DNA of 64,000 nt from Balanoglossus misakiensis (taxonomy: Eukaryota; Animalia; Hemichordata), in NCBI GenBank assembly GCA_040954595.2, contig CM082597.2:7279849-7343848 (forward strand), in the 5' to 3' direction. The position numbers and the translations under genes were made by a program. Positions 42,801 through 53,700 of the stretch are shown in pieces (position 1 is the stretch's first letter; every line of letters starts with the position of its first letter). The notes under the pieces were generated by a model that worked only from the letters and a program-made list of their open reading frames with translations, had not been told where the DNA came from and made no database searches.

Positions 42801-45800
42801 ATTACAGATAGTCACGTACACTGATCGGCGGGACATGTTGTTTGTGTCGTGGTTTGGTTTCCATGATGACGAAAGTGGTATGAAATCTTACTCTGTCGCC
42901 CTCTATGACGGCATATCTTGTGGCTCTGTAGCCGATAAAATTATTCTCCAGGATTCCACTGATGTTTTGCCCAATGACACAGATTATACATTTGTTGAAT
43001 TGGACTTGCAGGTGAGTGAGTATATTCGTTGTCATAAAGGAACATTTTTCTCGGTATTTATTATTATTTATGTACATGTATTCATAAATGGATCAGTTTT
43101 ATTTCAGCGAGGTAATTTTATAATTATATCCTCGTTAAGCCTTTCTGCTTACAATAAAAAATCCGAGATGAAATTGTTCGTTAGTGAACGATTCATGTAT
43201 TGTTAGTCATATCCATTTAGCTCTCACCCCCTCACTCTTTGCCTGCCTATCTATTTGCCTATAGCTAGCTATCGGAAACAAAAACCCATTTAATATTATT
43301 AGTATTACCATCACTGTGGATTACTTTGCCTCCATTTTCTTTGTTTCAGCGGCAAAGACCCTATTTTGTCCATTTGAAATCGACTAATAATGCTGGTTTA
43401 ACAACGGCAATTGTCTCCCCGACTATCATACTTGATGTTGATGAACCAACTGAAGGAGTTGTCAAAGATGGACTGGATTTTGAGACTGACATTGAATACC
43501 AGAGTTCTACTTCGTCAATTGAAGGTAGCCAAAGCAGAGTTTCAAATTGCCCAGCTGATAACAATATGCATAGCAGTATGATTTTTAAAGCCAAATTAGT
43601 TCTATTGTTTGTACTTGTTCGATGTTATACTAGTAGTTTGAAATAAAAAAATAACCTAATGTAAACAGCCAGTCTTACTTTGGTTTCATTTTAAGGAGTC
43701 TTCCTGCACCTGCCCAATCCAAGTGGAGATTCTTGCCCAAGTCGAACATTTTCAATGCGCACGTACGATGCAGAATGGGGATCTGTGCAAACACGTGGTA
43801 TTTGGGGCGTCAATGATGCAGACACCATCGCATTCCGTCCACTGCAGGCAAGGCATCCATTAATTACTAATATCAATAATGATTTCACTGAAAACAGCAT
43901 GACTTAACTTTTAACAAAGGTACCTTTGTTAAATGAATTTTTAGTACACAGAGTAAAAGTGTGTACACATTATTATGAAATATGTACCACAGTATTCCAA
44001 GCGGGCCGTGCAATAATAATTCTGGTATTTTTGCGAGCTCATATGCAAATGAGCATCCAGAAGAATAAGATCCCCCATTTCCCCTTCAATCGATCGTATC
44101 TTTCAAAGTTTAACCCTCGTTCTGTTACACAATCACTTGGAGTTAATATAAACCTCCGGAGGATATAACAAAAGTTTTATTTCAGTCGCAAAAAAGCCGA
44201 TTGTTGTTTTAGTTGTGCGCGTGACAAAGTAGTATTTTTCACAACCCATATGCAAATGAGTAAAAACAAGCCGGACTACGTTTTGTTTGTAAACATTGAA
44301 CGCCGTCGGCAGAGCTGGAGTATGATCGCCGAAACGTGGGGAATTTTCAACATTCGGAGACGCCATTGTCTTATCCTTCCCAAATTTTGTCAGAATAACT
44401 AAACATTATTTGGCAGTATGTTTGGGAACCTCGGAAAATCCCTCGCTATCGCCAGTTTCTCAAATATTGCCGATGCTATCTTGCGACCTGAGCTAAACCA
44501 CCGATGAAATGAGCCAACATGATCGCCGAAACATGCGGATTTTTCAACATTCTGGCACGTTCTTTTATTATCCTTCCCAACTATCGTCAGAATAACAGAA
44601 CATTTAGTTGTCAGTGTGTTTTGGAACCTCGAAAATTACGAAAATTTCTCGCTATCGCCAGTGTTTCGAAATTTATCGCTGCGATCTCACGACCTCAGGT
44701 AACCCACTGATGGAATGACCCCACATGACCCTTCTTTGCATAACAAAGGTTGCGTCATTTTGGCCAATGAGCGGCCTCCTCTGGGTTGCATAGCCTTTGG
44801 CACATCACTGTAATGAAAATCAATACGCCACGATCGAAACTTTGATTTTCGTCAAATCTGGGGAAACATATGCAATAATAACAGAACTTCATGACCTCTG
44901 CGCGCGATCTGTGCAATATGGATGTTATTTTCACTCGTGAGAAGGTGTATTCTTCTGCATTTTTACTCGCTGTCGCTCGTAAAAATACTCGGAAGAATAC
45001 ACCTTCTCACTCATGAAAATAAAATCCATATTGCACAGATCGCGCGCAGAGGTCATGAAGTTCTGTCATATTATGAAATATGTACAATGTTCTGTTAATT
45101 GGTTTAATATGCGGAACACCCATTCAATTTGCAAGTTTCTCGGAGGTTTGAAGTAACTAAAGAATCCTATTCGTCTGCTTAGGGGCACATCAGTAATATT
45201 ACACAACTTCATGACCTCTGTGCGCGATGTGTGCCGTACAGAAGTTATTTTCATTAGTGATGCGGTGTATTCTGGGGCTGTACTTTCAAGAGCATAGCAA
45301 GTGAAAGTACAGCAGAATACTCCAAATCACTAGTTCAGTTATCTTTATAATCTGCATAATGGTACTATTCTACGTATTTTTCTCGAACTTCATGAACTTG
45401 GAACGTCCGTCGTGTAGCTGTCATTCAACGCTGATGACAGTCTCTCAGTTACACTGGTCCGGGATGTTAAAGATGCAAAAATGTACTCTGGGGCTTTGTA
45501 CCATTCGAAACCGGACATAAGTGAAGGTGGGAAATACCGAGTAAGTATAGTCGATACGTCATTGCTTATTTTGCCTAGCACCGTTTCATGAGCTGAAATG
45601 TAAGATATACGTAAAGGGGTTGCGTTGTGTGACAAATGCTCGTAGAAGACACACAAGAACGGGAGAATGCACAACAGATCTACAAACAATTCAAAAATCA
45701 ATCCCTCTGAAGTACAAGAATTAAAAAACAAAGATTTGAAAAAATGCACAGAGTTTTTTATTCACGATAGGTTGATATCATGGCCGCCTCTGGAGACATT

Positions 45801-47761
45801 GCTGCTGTTACAAGCCTTGTTTTCTGGGATGGTCCTGGCGGTGTGGTCGGTGATTTTCATCCTCTGTTTGAGGATACTGATTCTGCGCTTAATCCCAAAG
45901 ACTTCACTGCCTGCGAAGTGTGTTGTGCTAGCAACGATTCTTACACGGATCAAGGTAAGTATAATTATTCAGACATTCCTTCTCTAATAACAAATACATA
46001 TTCACAATAGCCTGATAACGTCTGTCTGTCTGTATGGTATGTCTGTCTGTCTGTCTGTTTGTCTATCTGTATGTATGTATGTATGTATGTATGTATGTAT
46101 GTATGTATTGTTTTGCAATACATACGTCCGATTAACCTTTTTAACGACAGACGCCAGCTGCCCATGTAACTGCACTGAGTACGCTGAAGTATATACCACA
46201 CTTTTTGCAACAAGTGGTTCCACCACAAGCATGACTACCAACCCATCGTCTGAAGCAACAACAACTTCCCCACCACCATGGCAGATCATTGAGAACAGGG
46301 ACGAAGGGGATACTTTTAAGGGAGATGATAGCTTGCAGTCAGTACAGTATCAGTCAGCAGGGTTTCAACTACACCCAGGTATGCAAACCATGCAACTTCA
46401 ATATCGTTGTTCATATTGGTGTGAGTATAAAATAATGTGGGGCACCTTCTGCAAGTGGTTTCTATGGTGTGATATCACAATTAATCATGCAAATTTTAAA
46501 CATATCCGATATTTTTAATATTAATTTAATCCACATATGAAGTATTTACTTTAAATTAAAAATTTTCGTTTTAGCTGTCGGAGTAGGCGACGATATAAAA
46601 CATTTTGCTGTGCTGTGGTACAGGTATCAAAATAATTCAGAACCCGTGAAGTACGATCTTGCCGAGTTAGATTTTGATCCATCACAGGCGTGGCATTCTT
46701 ACAGAATAGACGTAGTCAAGGAAATGGTGAGTAACCAGGATAGGTGAGAGAGATGCGCGCATGAATATGAAACCAATCATATTTTCTTCTCACGAACAAA
46801 ACTTAACAAAACAAGTTTATGCAGAATTTGAAATGGAAACAATGTAGCCACTTAGATGTCAAAGGAGCGAATATTTTGATCTTAACTAGTACTGTTTCCA
46901 CTCGAAAAACGATGTCCTCGTCGATATTACACAACCCTTAGAACAAATCTCATATTTCTTACAGGATGGAATTTCTCTGGAACTATTTGCAGATGGAAGA
47001 CTCATGGTATTACTGTCTGGAATTCCGAAGTTTTCACCCAATGCAAAGTTCATAATGTCGGTTTGGAACAGGGACGCTTATGTCCCACCACTTGATAACG
47101 TCTTTTATCCACCTATGACATCTGCACAATTTAGAAATATCAGGTATTCTTTCGTTTTTACTTGAACCCCCCCCCCCCAAAAAAGGTAATCTTAGTACAT
47201 TACTACATGTACCTTATAAACAAATTGTTTACAGCTTTTCATTCTTTGTTGTCCCTGATGACACGACCAGTATTTCCAATTTCAACTTCTTTTGTAATAT
47301 ACACATTTATAAAACATACTAAAATAATAAAATATATCTAATATATACATGATATCTAACGGATGTGTTATCGCGATGAATGACGCGCATTTCTTTGATG
47401 TCTAGATTCCCTCCATTGTCAGACGCATTATGCAAATCTGGCGAACCATTCCGTAATGGTGACCATGCAATAAAGGCCTTTTTCGCCGGAATTGGATCTG
47501 AAAAATTACAGGATGATGTCGTGTCATTCCGAGAGGTTTGTTTTTCATTTTGTGATATTTAATCAAATAAGAGTGATTTTTATATATATAAGGTTATATA
47601 TTATACTCACAAAGACACAGGGACTTTTATTATAGATTTTATAGCAAGTCTGTAAACAGTGAGACCCCGCCCACTAATTATTAATACAATACAACATACA
47701 TAATTTGTCTTATTTTGCAACGGCACCTTATGAACAGGTAAGGCATATTTGGTGCAAGAGA

Positions 47762-47792
<31 letters not shown>

Positions 47793-50700
47793 CATAGTAC
47801 ATACATACATACATACATACATACATACATACATACATACATACATACATACATACATACATACATACATACATTATACATACATACATATATACATACA
47901 TATACATACATAAATACAAATACATACATACATACATACACATACATACATACATACATACACACACATAATACATACATACATACATTATACATTCATA
48001 CATACAGACAGACAGACAGACGCTTTCATTAACACGGGAAGCTTTCTTGACAGGTGGAGAGACCTTGCCTACCATGTACCAATCCGTGTGAATCTGCAGC
48101 CTGTGATCCTGAGTGTTCTAATACTGATATAATGGAGTACCGGGTAATGCTGGATGGTCTAACTCTGAACCCGACAAGAACTGTACAAGATGGCGGAATC
48201 AATAGAACCATACCTGCTGTCTACCACCTGACAATCAAAGCTGTGACGGGTCAGTTTGAACATTGATTAGATGGTGTTAAGTGACATGTATATTCTTATA
48301 GCCCTCTGCCAAGCAAAGTAGATACTGGTATTTCCAATGGGCATACATTTTGAAGTACATGAAACAAAGTTGATAAAATGGCAAAGGCCATCTTAGTATG
48401 ACAGCCTGTAGCTAACTGTTGCACGTATTTCCCATGTTTTAAACTGTATAAGATTAACCAAAAACTCAAAATATGTTTGCATTTATGGAATGTCTGTCGC
48501 TCATCCTTATATGCACTCCATTTATAAACATTTGCCCATACATGTACCTGCATTTACAGGCTCTGGACGATATGTGCTCGCTTCATCAAATGGAGTGTAC
48601 GTAGACGACACGCCAACAGTATTTGATTATCTATACCACGTCGACGTCTCCTGGTCACTTGATCAACCGATCCAATACCAGGGCAGTAACACAACCATAG
48701 CTGTCCGCTGGAGTGCGTATGACATTGGAAGCCAGGTGTGTTTAGCTTGCGTCACGTGTTCTAACAAGTCCTAGATGTAATGAGATGCAAAATGTCGTGA
48801 ATAAGGCGTGAGTAAAGTGAATGCTTGCTATGATCTTGCAAGCCGAATGATTGCGTAACCCAGCACTAAACTTTATTCCAACCAAGGCAAACCTTCGAAA
48901 CGTTAAGCGATAAAGTAAAAATGGCTCCAGTAAACAAGCATCTTTATTGAGAAAAATAAAACACCAAGCGACTAATAGGCTAGTCTTAGCAACCTACTTC
49001 AATTACTTATCGATTGTAGGTACATGAATACAGATGGGCAATTGGAAGCCAGCCTAATGTCACTGATATACAAGACTTTGTGTCAGTCAGATTGAACACA
49101 TTTGCTGCGAATGATGGACTTCTTGGAATACTACAAAACAAAAACACTTACTATGTCACTGTACAAGCAGTCAACCGAGCTGGACTGGTCACTTCCCGTG
49201 AAACCACAGGTTAGTTCCCAAAGGTCTTCGTTACAAAAGGTCTTCAAGCGTATGTCCACGCTGATGGATAAAACTCAATCTACCATACATGTACATGTAG
49301 TTTGCACGTGATGGCTTTCAAAATTCTTCTCTAGTGAAAATATTCACTCTTCCATAACACTCTAATATTCTAGTCGCACCACAAAGCAAACGTAACTTGA
49401 CATCAAAGTACACATGGATTATATGTTCCATGATATTGCACTGAAGTTTTAGCAAGTTGTTTTATCGATGTAAAGTTTCGTCACAACATAACAAAAGGCA
49501 GGCGTGATTTCTCAACCTGAATACATGTACACCGGTTGTTACTTAGTTATTTTGCTTCCAATCAGTCCTGTGAAATAGAGCACGAACACGGGCGACGGCT
49601 GCAAAATGGGACATTATACGTAAATATAATTCGAAAACTTCGCACAGACAGAAATTGATGGATCTTGTCAGTCCCACTTTCTTTATCCTGTATTATGATC
49701 AATGCACTCGACTGAAAAGTTTAGGGGAGACGGTTACATCGAATCACTCCGCTCGGATAAAGAAGTTAGAGTTCCTCTCTTTCTTGAGGGACTGTGTTCC
49801 CATGTATACATACTGTGTATCATTGCTGGAATTGTTTAATTATGCATTCAATATTTACCTAAGGATTATATGATGTTTTAAACAGGAGTTACCGTTATAT
49901 TATCATCACCCGACATCTCAGCAAGCAATTCTACAAGCGAGTGCCCGGATGTCGAAGTAAACACATCAGTTCCTGGCGCTATGCTTTGTGGGAGTCAGTC
50001 AAGTACAGGGATGAAATGGACAAGGGTGGACGATGATTCAATCGATGCGTATTGTGAGTTACCCCAGAAATACTCAGTATTTGCCATTTGCTATCTGGTA
50101 CATACGTATTACATGGTAGTTGTTACCAAATACTACATTACGTATTAGTCGTAGTAATAACGTCTACTTTGTATCCCATGTTAACTGCACATATACATTA
50201 TTCCTTCACCGTTAAATTAAGTCTAACTCCAATAATGTCTGTGTTATTCCTTCAGTTTTCTCAATAGGAAGTTCCAAAGACACAGAGGATATATTGGCAA
50301 AACTCCAAGTCAGTTACAACACATCTGGTGAAGTAGTAATACAAGACGGACTTGTGTACATCGGAAATAAGCCTGTGCTGAATATTTCAGATGCAGGGCA
50401 GCCTTCGACAGGAGCTACTGAGTCACCGGGTGTAATTAAGAACAGATTCCGTATGGAACCAGGAAGGTACCTCATTCCATTCCATTCCTTACCTTAGTTT
50501 ACTAAAACAAAACTCATATTGACCCCTGTGGTAGCTCGTGATTGGTTCTGGTGAATGTCCCTCTGAATTTATTTGATGGCTTTGAAAGATGCAAAATAAA
50601 GTGATAATATATTGACTACAACTAATCGAAAACAACATTAAATTTACATGTTTTATGTAAGTAATCAATCAAGTTTTCAATTTCCATGTTTATTTTCAGA

Positions 50701-53700
50701 ACAATGTTTTCTAAAATTACTGTGTGCAACAAGGGACATACATGTGGTGAAATGGCAACTTCTACAACGACCATATCGAGTAAGTGTGGTTTACGTTGAA
50801 TCACTTACAGGGAGGGGTCACCCAGGGTTAATTTTCCATACATGTGGCCTTGGATTACTTATGAATGACCCACTGCATTGCATATGCATTTTGCATCCAT
50901 TAAATCAATAGTTCCTCGCACCTGTACTACATTGATTGAGACCAGGTCACATAGTATAACAGTCAACCTATTGCGCTTTTCCCCCACAATGCATTATTGT
51001 GATGCCATACAAATATAGTGTTCTGCTTGGTTTACCAAAACGGGTGACGTGGTTGATGAAAGCGACTTCTATTGGCTAACTGACCTCCCAGGACACATAT
51101 ACATGTATGCAAAATTACCCTTGGTGACCTCATACATTTATGGAAGCTTTGTTCTAATTTAGGTGTCGAAGTATAAGCCATTCAAGGCAAGCCATTTAAA
51201 AAAAATAGTCGAATGTGGAAATACGTTGAAATCAACTTCATGCATGTAATGTTAATTACATTTTAAATAACTGTTAAGTCGCGCGTCAGTAAACAAAGTC
51301 TACAGTAATTTCATCTAAACAAAACGATATATGCGGGTCATCATTTTTTATTCACAATGGCTGTAATATCTTGGCACACAGGAAATGGCGATGCTATAGC
51401 CAGTGCTGTCAACGGTTCTGATGTGCATATATCATTGTTTAATGATGATACGTTTATCACAATTCAGGCAGGTAGGTACAATTGTTACTAAATATTGTGA
51501 GTTTCAATGGTTATCATTTAAATATATCTTTATAGTTCGGGGAGAAAGCTTACTTATAAACACGCCTGTCGTTCCCTCGTTGAAGTTTTGACGTGGATCT
51601 TTAAGTAAACATATATATGAGCAACCGTATTGAGGCCAGTTGTACATACACACAGAAAGTGTATGCTATATATAATACACTACATGTTGATGGTTACAGT
51701 CACTTTTTTTCTCTTTTTACATTCCTTATTACAAAGACCATGAGTCAGCTCAAGATGTGACGTTAATGGCCGGTGTATTATCTGATGATGACTTGAGTGA
51801 CATGTATGTGTCGGATGCTTCGCGAGATTTCAAACCATTCATCGTGAGTCCAGACATGACAATGGACAAAACGGGCAGACTATTGAGAAACAGGTGATAG
51901 GTCTTTCAAAGTCTTATAATGACATGATGGCCAAAAAGATGCTCCTACTATAATCGCACACATTATTGCATGTGTATATTTTTATCAATCACTCTCAATT
52001 TGCAATGCGGTACCACATTTTAACATTTCTATCAAAATCATTTATGCTTTTCAAATGTACTTAAATGTAGAAATATTACTTGCCCTTTGAAAGGATTGGT
52101 TTATTCTGGCTTCATCTTAAACGCAATATTTTATGTTGAGAAATAAACAAAAAATAACCTCCTCGGTGTTCAGTATAATGAAATCATTTCTCCCTAAATT
52201 CATAATTTCGTATGCACGTATCTGCCCCATTTCTTACAGAATCAAAGGCATTAGTGGTCCTTCATTTTATGCGACAACCGTCGGACGCAAACAGATGAAT
52301 GGTCCATTGAATCTAACCGTTGGATTCAACGCGTCACAATCTAGCGATTCCGCGGAGACTGAACACAGAGAACCAAAACTGCTATTTTGGCAAACAGGTA
52401 CATAGTTTTCGCAATCTTATGCGACTGTTTCTAGACGTTTCAGTGGGGGCAAATGTTGTTTGTGATAAATGTTATACATTGCCATTCAGTCATGAGTATG
52501 TTGAAGGATCAAGCAACTATCACGTACATTTTATCAGAATTCTCAGACAAAAAAAACATTTCATGTACGTTGCATTTCTTTGAATGATATCACTTTGTAA
52601 TCGGCCAAATTCAACGTCAGCTATATTAGTTATGTTGAGAATTATTGTAAATTTACATTTGTTAATGATTGTATGATATGTTCAATTAGGCTTAAGTGCT
52701 AGAAGACATTTTCAGACATATCTCACATAATTCTTACATTTTGACCCGGACAGACATGGGAGAATGGCGAGACTCTAGCCACACATGTGTCGGTTCAGAA
52801 GATGTCTATCACTACGACTGGAACATCGGAACATTAAGTGTGCTGGTAACTTGGTGTTGTAATTTTGTTCGAAATGAGTCGTATTTAAAAGAAAAAGTGA
52901 CGTTTTAGATTTAGAAGAAATCATGGTGGTGATTATTTGATACTTATTCAATTGGAAATAATTCACATTCTTCATTTTGCTATACAACTAGGTCTATGCC
53001 GTAGAATTCAAAACAAATGTAAAACTTTTTTTTTTTTTCATTTTTGTGTTGTCGTCAGGTGTGTTCAACTGAAAGGCGGAAGAGTGATCATACTTCAGCA
53101 AAAAGTACCTTCTTTACGGGACCCACACTCTTCACCGTAGCGAGTATCGGCCCATTCGTCAACTCTCCACCATCGATAACGTCTGTCAGCGACTTGTGGA
53201 TGCCAGAGGATGCTGGGACAATTCAGTTTCAAGTGCAAGCAGACGACAGTGATTATGACGACGTTAAATTTGCTTTAGACGGCAACAGTGCACGTGGTAC
53301 AAGAAGCGGGGAAAGCAGTGAGGTATCCCTGTCGCAAGATGGAAGTCTATCATACAAACCCTGCTTGGACTGTTTTGGGGTAAAACTGGTGCGAATTCTG
53401 GCCACAGAGAATAGACAGGACAAACATCGAGCCTTGGCTACATCGTCAACTTTACAAATAGACGTACGTAGCACCAATGATAACCCGAATATTTTCTCCG
53501 TCATTGATTACTCGAATGTTGTCGATGGAATGGTTCTAAAACAGATGGTGCAGATAGAGGAAAGAAAACAAGATGGCGATGGCGACAGCGGCATTGAAGT
53601 TGTAGTTGGAGCATTCGATCCGGATACGCATGACACATTGAGTTTGCTTTTTGATCCTCCCCAACACGGCACCCTTCACACTGGTGAGCAACACAGAGAA

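Noticed and set aside
47607-48075. ORFs rich in MYVC or HTYI (also near 16550-16922 and 45965-46289; TDRQ/VCLS-type ORFs near 12259 and 55233)
   Set aside because: These are translations of tetranucleotide microsatellites.
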